Source: Candidatus Poribacteria bacterium (lineage in GTDB: Bacteria; Poribacteria; WGA-4E; PCPOR2b). Taken from it: a stretch of DNA of 64,000 bases. The notes under the pieces were generated by a model, which had not been told where the DNA came from, searched no databases, and saw only the letters and a list, made by a program, of their open reading frames with translations. The stretch spans positions 96,001-160,000 of the forward strand of contig OZ244042.1 in assembly GCA_965215015.1 (NCBI GenBank). Reading direction: 5' to 3'. Below are positions 29,148-38,694 of the stretch, piece by piece (positions within the stretch are counted from its first letter, which is position 1; each line of letters begins with the position of its first letter). A program made the position numbers and the translations under genes.

Positions 29148-30041
29148 ATGAAAAAAATGTTAAGTCCCAACATGAGCAGTAACCAAGTTTCCACAACAGC
29201 ATCGCTTCAGCCGATGGGATTCACGGATATCTTGGACACAATATTGAGCCTCTATCGGAGCCATTACCGACTGGTTTTAGGCCTCTGCGCTGTTTATTTT
29301 ATTTTAACGTTAGGGATGAACCTCCTCACAGGTATTTCAACGCTTTTCTTTCAAAATTTCGGCGGAGGGAACATAATGATTGTAAAGAATCCCGCCGCCG
29401 ACTGGATTACCATGTTGGTAGTGCTTTTCCCCATAGGTGCACTCGTGTTTGCCAGTGCCCAAGCCTACTTGGGTGGTCACATCACCGTTGATGCTGCATT
29501 CAAACAGGTTGCACGCAGGTTTTTGCCCTACCTTGGAAGTTCTCTGCTTTTGATGTTAACTATCGGGTTATTGGCAATAACCATCATCGGTATTCCGTTC
29601 GCCATCTACTTTGGAACGCGGTGGAGTTTCTACGCACAAGCGGTCCTGATTGAGGAAACATCAGCGACAAATGCGCTGAAACGCAGCCGTGAATTGGTCA
29701 GAGGCACGTGGTGGCGTATCTTTGGTACTATATTGGCGATTTTTCTGATCGCTTTCATGATCAAAACTGTGCTTCAATTCTTTCTATTATTCGCGTTTGG
29801 TTTCACGCAAGCGATAAGTGGTGAAGAGGGTCTGCTAGAAATGTTTCGACGTATGTTTGAGCCGGAGCTGACCAGTTGGGCCGGGTTAGTTACTTACATT
29901 ATTCAGAGTTGCCTCAACCACTTTGTCGCTAGCCTGATACTGCCACTAACATCGGTCGGTATCACGCTTCTCTACTTCGACCAGCGTATTCGGAAAGAGG
30001 GATTTGGTACTGAGATACGCGTAATCAACGAAGCAGAATGA
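29148..30041 (+). CDS. Integral membrane protein (paralog of 1..480)
   Basis: Motifs LQPMGFTDILD, ALKRSRELVRG.WWR, LLYFDQRIRKEG; RBS AGGAGG. Confidence 0.8.
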   Translation: MKKMLSPNMSSNQVSTTASLQPMGFTDILDTILSLYRSHYRLVLGLCAVYFILTLGMNLLTGISTLFFQNFGGGNIMIVKNPAADWITMLVVLFPIGALVFASAQAYLGGHITVDAAFKQVARRFLPYLGSSLLLMLTIGLLAITIIGIPFAIYFGTRWSFYAQAVLIEETSATNALKRSRELVRGTWWRIFGTILAIFLIAFMIKTVLQFFLLFAFGFTQAISGEEGLLEMFRRMFEPELTSWAGLVTYIIQSCLNHFVASLILPLTSVGITLLYFDQRIRKEGFGTEIRVINEAE

Positions 30042-30062
30042 GTTTTATGGGTAAAATTTAAG

Positions 30063-30321
30063 GGAATAAGTCGTTACTGGTTTTTAATAAAACGTAGGGA
30101 CGTAAGGGGGCTAAGAGGTAAAAAAAAGAAAACAAGAAAGCGACAGAACCGGCTTCCCGTTTTCCCTTCGTAAAGGAAGGTTCCGGTTTTGTTTTTTCGT
30201 ATCTCTCCCGATGAAACCATGAATCCACGATGCGATAAGCATTCCCTTTGGAGGGCAACCGAATCGGGACTTGCGCCCCCCTGCTTGCGGGGGAGGGGGT
30301 AAGGAGGGGCGACTTTGCGTT
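30063..30321. repeat. ~260-bp dispersed repeat, copy 1
   Basis: Colinear with 45569-45831, sharing ATAAGTCGTTACTGG, CCCTTCGTAA, CCCGATGAAAC, GCTTGCGGGGG and GGGCGAC.TTGCGTT. Confidence 0.85.
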
Positions 30322-30505
30322 AAATTCAGAGAAAAGCCCCTATCTACTTATTGCGAAATTTAATGCAAAGCGCGCAGCGTTTTCTGTATTGTTCAGCGAA
30401 GTACCTTACACTTTCCGCCCCTTGATTCTTAGGACCACCCCTAAATTCGTAAATTGAAGGGATATTGTGAGAAATATCCGATTATCACATCAACAGTAAA
30501 GGAAA

Positions 30506-31576
30506 ATGACCATGTCTACGCCAAGCTTTAAGTCGATCGAGCCCTTGACAACAGACCAGATTGTGCAATTTAAACGGGACGGATTCTTAGTTCTCAACGG
30601 AGTTCTCGACCCTGAGCTCTGCCGCCAAGCACGTGACGAAATGTGGGGGGTAATTCAAGCCCACCTCCCACGTATGAAAAGGGATGATCCTGCCACATGG
30701 GGTCCTATCACTGAGGAGGAAAGTGCTCAGCTGCAGCAACGTCCCGAAGAGGGAGGCGACCCGTATTTCAGCGGCAATGGACACCGCTTCACAGTCCGTA
30801 ATGGGGCGTCAGAATTGATGCTGAACCTAGCCCCCCGCGCCCTTTGGCACGTTGCCGAACAACTTCTTGGGAAGGGGACAGTGGTGTGGCCCGCTGGGTT
30901 TGACGAGTCAGGCTATACGACCGGCCCGTGCTTTATGTGTGATGATGCTGTAGGAGGGCTTAATTCCCATGTGGGACACTTGATGGGTTGGCCCTCGGAG
31001 GGCACCTTCACGACCGAGCCTGAGCTGCGCTTACCCAAAACCGGACCGGTGTGGCTCAATGGGCAGGGAACGCGCGGATTATATTGCACCCTACCAAACA
31101 GCCAGTCTCATGCTCCCCATTACCACGGTGCCCACTCCGACGGTGCGTGCTACGGACGGTGGAGGCTGCAGATGTCAGCCTACATTTCCGATGTGCCGCC
31201 CAACTCTGGTGGATTTACCGTGTGGCCCGGGAGTCACGCTCGGATTTGGCCCGAACAGTGGAAGGCTTTCAAGGAGGGTGAGAAACACACAGACAAACAT
31301 TTAGCACTACGCAAGGCGGGCGGTTATACTGACCCGGTCATTGGGGAGATTAAAGCGGATACCCAACCGTTCGATTGCCATGGTCCCACCGGTACTGTGG
31401 TGTTGTGGCACACCAAAATTCTGCACATCGCAGGGCAGAACGCTTCTAACAACGTTATCCGCCAAGCAACAATCTACGGCTTTAAGAAAACGCCTGAGTC
31501 GCTCCCCGACGCACTCGTAGTGGACAACACAGATGGCGACATCTGGCGGGATTGGTCCGGTGAGGTGCGTACGTAA
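30506..31576 (+). CDS. PhyH family Fe(II)/2OG dioxygenase
   Basis: Motifs LT.DQI..FKRDGFLV, HxD (AHSD), WPGSH, and a distal His (ILHIAG). Confidence 0.82.
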   Translation: MTMSTPSFKSIEPLTTDQIVQFKRDGFLVLNGVLDPELCRQARDEMWGVIQAHLPRMKRDDPATWGPITEEESAQLQQRPEEGGDPYFSGNGHRFTVRNGASELMLNLAPRALWHVAEQLLGKGTVVWPAGFDESGYTTGPCFMCDDAVGGLNSHVGHLMGWPSEGTFTTEPELRLPKTGPVWLNGQGTRGLYCTLPNSQSHAPHYHGAHSDGACYGRWRLQMSAYISDVPPNSGGFTVWPGSHARIWPEQWKAFKEGEKHTDKHLALRKAGGYTDPVIGEIKADTQPFDCHGPTGTVVLWHTKILHIAGQNASNNVIRQATIYGFKKTPESLPDALVVDNTDGDIWRDWSGEVRT

Positions 31577-31950
31577 CCGTTGACTTCAGTTAGGAGAATT
31601 TAGATATAGGGTAAGAGAGTATTCCTCGCCGCCCGGCCAGCCGGTTCGCAAGAATGAAGGTGTGGCGGGTTGTCCTTTCGGTAACTTGAATTATGTGCCA
31701 TGTTCAATTACTTCCCTCAACGGTGCTGTGGTAAGTATCTCCTTTCGATCGGTTCGTTCTGAAAGATTGAAGAATAGGACCTACGCAAGGATTATCAAAC
31801 CGATTTTAATAGTGAAAAGATATCCTTCAAACTGAATGACCCCAATAAGAGCTTACCCTCACCGTTTCCTGTATTTAAGTCGTGGGCAATATTTAGGGAG
31901 GAGGAACACTTCGATTAGCATATACAGGTGAACCCGACAGAACTATACAC

Positions 31951-32802
31951 CTACCCAGAGGTTGTTGTTTGTAATGAACCATGCTTTGAGGAGGGGAGCT
32001 TTGATACACTCCTCAATCCGTCGGCTCTGGGCACGGAATCGGAAGAAAGCGGCACGACAACTAGACGACCGCTCGAAAGTTGCATCACTTCAAAGGGCAC
32101 ATCGTAGACCGCCTCCAACTGTTGCGGCGTAAAAATGAACGCGGGGGAGCCAACGGCGACGGGGTTTCCTCCCTGCAACATAAGCACCTGCTCGGCATAC
32201 ATCGACGCCAGATTTAGGTCATGAATCGCGGCAATGACGGTTCTTCCTGACTGTGTGATTGACCTGCACAAACGGAGAATCTGGACCTGATGGCGCGGGT
32301 CAAGATGATTCGTCGGTTCGTCCAACAGAAACAACCTCGGTTCTTGTGCGAGGATACGGGCAAGGTCTACGCGAGACGCTTCCCCACCCGACAACGTCGG
32401 ATAAAGGCGTTCAGCGAACATCTCGGCTTGCACCTGTTTCATCGCCTCCTGTACAATTGCTAAATCAGTAGGGCTTTCTTTCGCGCCCTTGAGGTGCGGG
32501 TGGCGTCCGAGCAGAACAATCTCCGACCCACGGAATGGGAAACTCACATCTCGTTTCTGCTGGAGATAGGCACGTTTCCGGGCTAATTCCTGTGGCGAGT
32601 ACTCGTCGATTGATTCGCCGAAAAATCGGACCCAGCCGGTTGTCGGTGAAAGTTCACCGGAGATGAGCCGTAAAAGTGTTGATTTGCCCGCGCCATTTGG
32701 CCCGACAAAAATCCAAAACTGACCCGCTTCAATTTTTAGGTCAATATTGCGGACAAGCCATTTCTGACCGATACGATAGCCAACCCTTTCTAGTTCAACC
32801 AT
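31951..32802 (-). CDS. hmuV: Heme ABC transporter ATP-binding protein
   Basis: Motifs GPNGAGKSTL, YPTLSGGE..RV.LAR.LAQ, LLDEPT, HDLNLA. Confidence 0.9.
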   Translation of the reverse strand: MVELERVGYRIGQKWLVRNIDLKIEAGQFWIFVGPNGAGKSTLLRLISGELSPTTGWVRFFGESIDEYSPQELARKRAYLQQKRDVSFPFRGSEIVLLGRHPHLKGAKESPTDLAIVQEAMKQVQAEMFAERLYPTLSGGEASRVDLARILAQEPRLFLLDEPTNHLDPRHQVQILRLCRSITQSGRTVIAAIHDLNLASMYAEQVLMLQGGNPVAVGSPAFIFTPQQLEAVYDVPFEVMQLSSGRLVVVPLSSDSVPRADGLRSVSKLPSSKHGSLQTTTSG

Positions 32803-33793
32803 ACACCACCTCTTTCTTGAATCTCATCAATAGCCAGAGGAAAAATGGACCACCAAGTAACGCGGTAACAACACCAACGGGTAGTTCGGCAGGGATTGCA
32901 ACGGTTCGAGCAAAAAGATCTGCCAACACGAGCAGAATCGCACCCCCTAACGCTGACCCGGGCAACAGATACCGATGATCGGCACCACCCATGAGACGAA
33001 GTAGATGTGGTACAACGAGCCCTACGAAACCGATGCCCCCCGCTGCCGACACGGCGGCACCAACGGTCAACGCTACCCCGAAGACTGCCCATCGCTTCAG
33101 CGATTCGGTCGAGACCCCCAGATGATACGCCTCCGATTCACCCAAGCTCATGGCATTGAGTGCACGAGCCAAGCGAAACAACACAACAGTTCCGATAATC
33201 GCCACCGGAAGCGTCACCGCAACCACCCGCCACGTCGCCCCTCCGAAGCCGCCGAGCAGCCAAAAGGTAAGGCTCCGAAGTTGTTCTTCATCAGCAAGGA
33301 ACGTCATCAAACCAATGCCTGCACCCGCGAAACTGTTGAGTGCTATTCCAGCCAGCAACAGCGTTACAGTGAGAACCTGTCCGTGCGTTTGAGCGATTTT
33401 CCAGACACCAATCGTTACCAGCACCCCTCCGGTGAATGCCGCAACTGGTACACCCCAGATACCTAAAAACCCGCCGCCAACCAGCACAATCCAAACCGCT
33501 GCCCCGAGGCCTGCGCCCGCCGTCACGCCAATCAACCCAGGATCCGCCAGTGGATTACGGAAAATACCCTGCAGTGTCGCGCCGGAGATGGCTAAAACCG
33601 ATCCGACAATGGCGGATAACAGAACACGAGGAAATCGGACATAGAGGAGTACTTCAAACCCATCTTTGTGGAAAAGCAATATGTGAGGAATATGCCACGG
33701 CAGGATCTGATATGCCCCCACACCCGCCGCAACACATAGCGAAATAGGGAGTAAACTGCCGAGGATGAGAAGGATTTTGACTCGATTCGGCAC
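32795..33793 (-). CDS. hmuU: Heme ABC transporter permease (FecCD family)
   Basis: Motifs RFPR, QGIFRNPLADPGLIGV, LGESEA.HLG, IGFVGLVVPH; GTG start at 33793 after an RBS. Confidence 0.9.
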   Translation of the reverse strand: MPNRVKILLILGSLLPISLCVAAGVGAYQILPWHIPHILLFHKDGFEVLLYVRFPRVLLSAIVGSVLAISGATLQGIFRNPLADPGLIGVTAGAGLGAAVWIVLVGGGFLGIWGVPVAAFTGGVLVTIGVWKIAQTHGQVLTVTLLLAGIALNSFAGAGIGLMTFLADEEQLRSLTFWLLGGFGGATWRVVAVTLPVAIIGTVVLFRLARALNAMSLGESEAYHLGVSTESLKRWAVFGVALTVGAAVSAAGGIGFVGLVVPHLLRLMGGADHRYLLPGSALGGAILLVLADLFARTVAIPAELPVGVVTALLGGPFFLWLLMRFKKEVVYG

Positions 33794-33797
33794 CCTT

Positions 33798-34715
33798 TTA
33801 CTCCCCCTTTGCAAGGAAATGCCCCTCAGATTCATAGATGCCGCGAAACAGGTCAAGGGCTGCCCGGCCACAACGGGGCCCGAACCCCGACAAGTACAAA
33901 CCATCCATCGCAACCACTCGCTTGTTCTGCCCGGCGGGGGTTTGTGCCAAACCGGGGACTTTAAGCAATCCTTCAACCCCACCGATTGATTTCAACCCGG
34001 ATTCAAACAGCACGTACACATCCGGCTGTGCGGCAATAACCGCCTCCGCTGTCATCGGCTTGGTGCCTTTGATTTTTCCGGCAGCATTGGTTGCACCGAC
34101 GAGTTCAAGCATCGCGCCAGGACCAGAATCTCTGCCGAGCACAAAGGCAGTTTGTGGACCTCGCAAATAGAGAAACAACGCTTTGAGTTCCACCTGCCCC
34201 CGCCGTGCGCTAAGTTTTGATTTCAGCGTTTCGATGTCCCGTTCTAAAGTTGAGATTAAGGCAGCTGCCCGCTCCTGACGACCGACCGCCTTTCCAATCG
34301 TGCGGAGACGTTGCTTGGCTTGATCGAAAGTTCTCGGCTCTTTGGACAATAGCACTGTTACGCCCGCCATGCGTAGCTGCTCGATGACTTGGGGTGGTTT
34401 TACGTCTACCCGCCCAATCACCAGTGTCGGTTTCAACGAAAGAATGCCCTCCGCATTGAGTCGGTACTGATAGCCGACTGACGGTAATGTTTCTTTAGCA
34501 TGTTTTGGGTAGGTGGAGGACGCATCGCAGCCAACGACATTTGCACCGACACCAAGGGCAAAAAGAATCTCAGTGGTACTGCCGTTGAGCGAAACGATGC
34601 GCTCGAATGAGTGAATCGCAACGGTCTCGCCGTGGGCGTCCGTTACCTCAATAGGTTGCGCTGTAACGATTGATGCAGCTAGACAGAATAGTATTGCGAA
34701 TTGTTGTATTTTCAT
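33798..34715 (-). CDS. hmuT: Heme ABC transporter periplasmic binding protein
   Basis: Motifs RIVSL.GS.TEI..ALG, D.SSTYP, VGY...LNAEGILSLKP, TPAG, GFGPR. Confidence 0.9.
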   Translation of the reverse strand: MKIQQFAILFCLAASIVTAQPIEVTDAHGETVAIHSFERIVSLNGSTTEILFALGVGANVVGCDASSTYPKHAKETLPSVGYQYRLNAEGILSLKPTLVIGRVDVKPPQVIEQLRMAGVTVLLSKEPRTFDQAKQRLRTIGKAVGRQERAAALISTLERDIETLKSKLSARRGQVELKALFLYLRGPQTAFVLGRDSGPGAMLELVGATNAAGKIKGTKPMTAEAVIAAQPDVYVLFESGLKSIGGVEGLLKVPGLAQTPAGQNKRVVAMDGLYLSGFGPRCGRAALDLFRGIYESEGHFLAKGE

Positions 34716-34775
34716 TGTTGACTCCTTGTGTTGAAGGCGGAACATTGTAATTGACCGTCCATATGAAAAAATAAT

Positions 34776-34812
34776 AAAAAGAAACCGAGTTTTTCTCAAA
34801 ACCCGGTTTCTT
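34776..34812 (-). terminator. Hairpin plus U-tract downstream of hmuY (REP-like GAAACC..GGTTTC family)
   Basis: Minus strand AAGAAACCGGGTTTT-GAG-AAAAACTCGGTTTCTTTTT. Confidence 0.6.
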
Positions 34813-34874
34813 CCGGAGAGGTAGGAGACGTAGTACCCTCGCGCAGCAGTATGGACTCTCCGTTCAGGTGGGTA

Positions 34875-35546
34875 TTAGAAATTCCGACTTCCATCGGGTT
34901 GATGGACGTATTCAAAGGTTATAAACCCGCCATCCTTTTTGTTTTCATTGTCCTTGTAGTAGCCGATGAAACGTACCTTCGCAAACGTGCCATCCGCCGC
35001 TTGAACTACGAACACCCGTTTCTCTAGCGGTAAGATCCAATGGTTAGGAGGTCCGGTGTAAATGTACCACCCCGCCTCGCTCTCAGCGACGATAGCGAGG
35101 TTCTGGTCTGAATCGGCAGCGTACTCGCCCGCGGGTGCTTCTTTTACCCCCTCAAACTCCACATCTTTGAGCATCATCGCGCCTCCCTTTCCCGGACCGC
35201 TTACACCGCCGTTAAGTATTACCTTCGTCCGTTGGAATCCGAGGTCCCAATCCATTGAATTAAGTGGATCGGCGACCTCAAGAGCATCGCCTTTGGAGAA
35301 GGAGAAATATGTCCACGCCTCTCTGCTCGTAGCATCAATAGTGAAGTTGACAACATCGAGTTGTGGTGCAACTTCGGCGGGAGGTTGATTCGCCGCGGGC
35401 ACGGCTTCAGGCACCTGTTCCTCAAGCGGTTGCTCAAGTCCATCGTCGTCATCGTCATTACCGCAACCGAAAAAGAGGATAGTGCTAATAAACAGAACCG
35501 ACCAGATAATCAGGCACCAAGTAGCGAGATTCCTAAAAGCTTTCAT
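34875..35546 (-). CDS. hmuY: HmuY family heme-binding lipoprotein (hemophore-like)
   Basis: Lipobox FGC; motifs IDATS..AWTYFSF, WDLGFQR, NGGVSGPG.GGA, GWY.Y, ADGT.AK....YY, ITFEY. Confidence 0.88.
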   Translation of the reverse strand: MKAFRNLATWCLIIWSVLFISTILFFGCGNDDDDDGLEQPLEEQVPEAVPAANQPPAEVAPQLDVVNFTIDATSREAWTYFSFSKGDALEVADPLNSMDWDLGFQRTKVILNGGVSGPGKGGAMMLKDVEFEGVKEAPAGEYAADSDQNLAIVAESEAGWYIYTGPPNHWILPLEKRVFVVQAADGTFAKVRFIGYYKDNENKKDGGFITFEYVHQPDGSRNF

Positions 35547-35579
35547 TGTGTCCTCCTATCGAGCACTTGAAATGGTAGA

Positions 35580-35795
35580 TTAGACAGTAATTGGTTGACC
35601 CGTGTCTGTTAAAGACTTTGTGTTATCATCTTTGAGAGTTAGCATAGCTTCCGCGATAGTGCCGGCAACTTGGTAGAAATCTTGTGGGGTCATCGCAATA
35701 TCGATACCCCGGTATTTGAGGTGAATATGCCCATGAAGGCATTGATAGACAGCACACACGCCATTATTTGACGAAGACTCTCTTGTATGATCCAT
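35580..35795 (-). CDS. Small Cys/His-containing hypothetical protein (71 aa)
   Basis: RBS AAGGA before ATG 35795. CAVYQCLHGHIHLKY...MTPQDF is reminiscent of DUF6686-like small proteins found at iron loci. Confidence 0.6.
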   Translation of the reverse strand: MDHTRESSSNNGVCAVYQCLHGHIHLKYRGIDIAMTPQDFYQVAGTIAEAMLTLKDDNTKSLTDTGQPITV

Positions 35796-35851
35796 TTGCT
35801 TCGTTTCCTTTCTTGATAGCTCCAGTGGCCCAAAAAATAATAAGCTTTCTC

Positions 35852-36358
35852 TTACCACCGGAAAGATGCGTGTAAAAATAGTAGGATTGAAAAACAGGTG
35901 ATTGAGACATAAGCCGACTTTCTTCCACGTCGACACAGTACAAATCTGATGAACAGCTGAAACAGATAGATCAGCCATACACAACGCACGACTGATATTT
36001 GCTGAGACCAATTGCTGTGATGAACCCCGTGCAGCAGAACAGCGGTTAGCAACCCGAGGACCGACAGTGATATCCCGATAATCACACTCTGATAGCAAAG
36101 TGCGTCCAATCGCTCAAGGGCCGGCAAATGGTAAAATACCATCAGAAATCGTTTCCGTTTGAGTTGGATTTCTTGGAGGAGGTAAATCAACGATGAAGCA
36201 CACGCACATGCAAAAGCACCCGCTGCAAGCAGAAGGGCCCTTGAATACAGCAATAGGCACAACTGCTGCAGTAGAGGCGTGAACGACACCAACGTCCCAG
36301 TCAAAAATATTGAAGTAAAACCAACCAACCCTAAGAAATGCGCTCTGCTGAGTTCCAT
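35852..36358 (-). CDS. Short CcsA/YpjD-like (cytochrome c assembly family) membrane protein, degenerate
   Basis: YLLQE.QLKRK...LP.LE.LD.L.Y..V.IG..L..LGLLT and W..Y..R...GRK.A resemble the C-terminal half of CcsA/YpjD. No WWD motif. Confidence 0.6.
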   Translation of the reverse strand: MELSRAHFLGLVGFTSIFLTGTLVSFTPLLQQLCLLLYSRALLLAAGAFACACASSLIYLLQEIQLKRKRFLMVFYHLPALERLDALCYQSVIIGISLSVLGLLTAVLLHGVHHSNWSQQISVVRCVWLIYLFQLFIRFVLCRRGRKSAYVSITCFSILLFLHASFRW

Positions 36359-36447
36359 CTTCTCTTCAAACGATTGATTGCTGTGTAACGAATCATGCGT
36401 AACGGGAGGCAAATATTTTTATGCGTTACGCACGACTCGCCACAACA

Positions 36448-36601
36448 GGCTCTCAAGCTCGCCACCTAACCCAAACAAGCTTGTGGGCCTAGGGTTGATT
36501 ATCGACAAGCCTCCTCCACCCTATGAGAGAAAGCCTGTGGCCATTTAGCAGTGCGCTCAGTAGGTCAAAGAGAGACCCCCGTAAAATGACCGCCCGGTAA
36601 A
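36448..36601 (-). repeat. ~155-bp direct repeat, copy B (3' end of the receptor gene plus downstream hairpin)
   Basis: Colinear with 38535-38690. Confidence 0.85.
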
Positions 36602-38479
36602 AGTGTAGAAGGTCGGAATTTTGAAGTCGAAAATATTGTTGACGCCGATAGAGGCTTTGAGCCAGTTGAGAACCTGCTTTGATCCCCGAATGTTCCAGAT
36701 CCAGTTGCTCGGTGCATACTCCTCATCCTCAAGGACCTTGTCACCGTCGTCGAAGAACCCCCACTTGCTAGCGTAACGCCCGCGCAGGTCTACGCCGAAA
36801 CCAGAACCACGGCTTGCGTAGGCAAGTTTGAGGTTGCCGCTGTGCTTCGATCGATTGAGCAGCGTCAAACCTGTCTCCTTATCTTCACCGTTCAAATACG
36901 CATAGCCTATTGTCGCGGAGAGCCCCCCGATTGAACGGGTCGAAAGTTCGACTTCAAACCCTTCGGTGAATGCCTCGCTGATATTGAAATACTGAAATTT
37001 GCTTCCGCCAAGTACACTCTGCCCAATCCGCTCCGCTTCGATCAAGTTTTTCAGGTTGTTCCGATACAGGTGCACCCGTCCAATCAGTGCGGACTTAAAC
37101 TGGTATTCAACCCCAAGATTCCAACTACCCGACGACTCCGGTTGTAGGGCTGGATTTCCAAGCACCTGATAGCCGGAGGTGGGATTGCTAAAATCGAGAT
37201 AGAGGTCTTTGAAGTCGGGTGCACGAAAGCCTTGGCCGTAGGAGGTACGAATCGTGACATCACGGGCCACGCGATACATTCCACTCAATTTTGGACTGAA
37301 GTGCGTTCCAAATTCAGAGTGATAGTCAAGCCGTCCACCTAAAACAAACGCGAGGTTTGCCATCGGTCGAAATTCGTTCTGAAAAAACAGTGAATCGGTT
37401 GTAAGATTCTTCTCGCCGCCCGTAATGCGTTGGGATTCGAGGTTTTCAAAAATTAACTCTGCACCAACGGTCAGTTGATTCTTCGATCCAAGAGCGGTGT
37501 CAAATTGTGCTTCGCCTTTGATCAGGTCTTGAACCGTGACATTTGATGACGCGGTGAGCGAGGTGTCACGGTCTATAACCGTCGATTCATCGCGATAGCG
37601 CGTCGCGTAGATTTTGCCCATCAACTGTGAGCCTGAACCAAGTTGATAACCTGTGCCGACGCTTCCGATGAAGTTATCGATGTCGCCGAGACGGTCAAAG
37701 ACAACACCTTCGTTTTCACTCACACCCTCCTGCTTTTGGGCGAAGTATTGCCCCGAAAACAGGAGGGTCGCTTTAGGGGTCAGCTGATACTCGGTTCGCG
37801 TGGAGTGGGTCCAGTTCTGATAACCATCAATCGTTGTCGTAAGGTCAGATTCGTCTAGATCAATGGGGGAGCGATGGTTTGCAGCAAGGGTCAATAGCGC
37901 GTTGAACTTATCGCGTTTCAATTCAACAGCACTACGACTGTCGATGGTATTGTGAGTCTCGAAGTTATTAGTGAATTGAACAGCAAATGGGGACGACGCT
38001 TTACGCGTGATAACGTTGATTACGCCCCCCATCGCAGCATTGCCAAAGAGTGCAGACGACGCCCCTTTGACAATCTCGATCCGCTCAACGTTTTCGACCG
38101 CAATTCGTGCGAGATCCAGTTTGCCAGCGATTCGACCGACCTGCGGTTCACCATCAAGCAGGATCAGGATGTAATCCGAATCGAGCCCTTGCAGTTGAAC
38201 ACCATCGCCGTGGGCGTCGCGATGGACAACGACCCCCACCCGATGTTCAAGCACCTCGCCGATGTTTTCCGCGCCCGTCGCTTCGATCTCACTTCGTGTG
38301 ATGACCTCTGTAATAACGGGTGTATCTTTCAATCGACGCTCCGTTTTTGTGCCGGTGACGACCACTTCGTCCATCTGAAAAAGGTCAACCGTTGGCTCTG
38401 TTTCAGCAGTGCTTAACCCCATTCCACCGACTGTGAAGATAACGAAAAATCCTATCCAGAATCGGTTGTGTAGCTGCAT
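36557..38479 (-). CDS. TonB-dependent receptor, probably for heme/iron (HmuR/CirA-like)
   Basis: TonB box DEVVVTGT, plug IEIVKGASSALFG..AMGGVINVIT, FRAP and NPAL motifs, C-terminal aromatic residue. Confidence 0.92.
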   Translation of the reverse strand: MQLHNRFWIGFFVIFTVGGMGLSTAETEPTVDLFQMDEVVVTGTKTERRLKDTPVITEVITRSEIEATGAENIGEVLEHRVGVVVHRDAHGDGVQLQGLDSDYILILLDGEPQVGRIAGKLDLARIAVENVERIEIVKGASSALFGNAAMGGVINVITRKASSPFAVQFTNNFETHNTIDSRSAVELKRDKFNALLTLAANHRSPIDLDESDLTTTIDGYQNWTHSTRTEYQLTPKATLLFSGQYFAQKQEGVSENEGVVFDRLGDIDNFIGSVGTGYQLGSGSQLMGKIYATRYRDESTVIDRDTSLTASSNVTVQDLIKGEAQFDTALGSKNQLTVGAELIFENLESQRITGGEKNLTTDSLFFQNEFRPMANLAFVLGGRLDYHSEFGTHFSPKLSGMYRVARDVTIRTSYGQGFRAPDFKDLYLDFSNPTSGYQVLGNPALQPESSGSWNLGVEYQFKSALIGRVHLYRNNLKNLIEAERIGQSVLGGSKFQYFNISEAFTEGFEVELSTRSIGGLSATIGYAYLNGEDKETGLTLLNRSKHSGNLKLAYASRGSGFGVDLRGRYASKWGFFDDGDKVLEDEEYAPSNWIWNIRGSKQVLNWLKASIGVNNIFDFKIPTFYTFTGRSFYGGLSLTY

Positions 38480-38534
38480 CAATTATCTCCTTTCTGTGTG
38501 ATTGTCTTGACAATTTGTGCACGATTGATTGCTG

Positions 38535-38690
38535 GGCTCTCAAGCTCGCGTTCCCTAACCCAAACAAATGGGACAACCTCGGGTTGGTTATTGGCAAACT
38601 TTCCCCACCCTGTTAGAGAAAGCCCGTAGTCATTTGACAGCCTGCCCGGTAGGTCCGAGAGAGACCACCGTAAAATGACCGCCCGGTAAA
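38535..38690 (-). repeat. ~155-bp direct repeat, copy A (upstream of the receptor gene)
   Basis: Contains a near copy of the receptor's last codons (FTGRSFYGGLS.TY) and the following 110 nt. Confidence 0.85.
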
Positions 38691-38694
38691 TCGG

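Noticed and set aside
30058-30258. Small paralogous proteins encoded by the 260-bp repeats (also 45580..45774)
   Set aside because: Starts, stops and frames differ between the copies; the similarity is explained by the DNA repeat.
36448-38690. Diversity-generating retroelement (duplicated gene 3' end as a TR/VR pair)
   Set aside because: The mismatches are not adenine-specific (e.g. GGG/GGT, TTG/CGG), most of the repeat is non-coding, and there is no reverse transcriptase in the window.
38483-38690. Cobalamin riboswitch upstream of the TonB-dependent receptor
   Set aside because: No B12-box or other core riboswitch motifs were recognisable, and the gene context is heme uptake.
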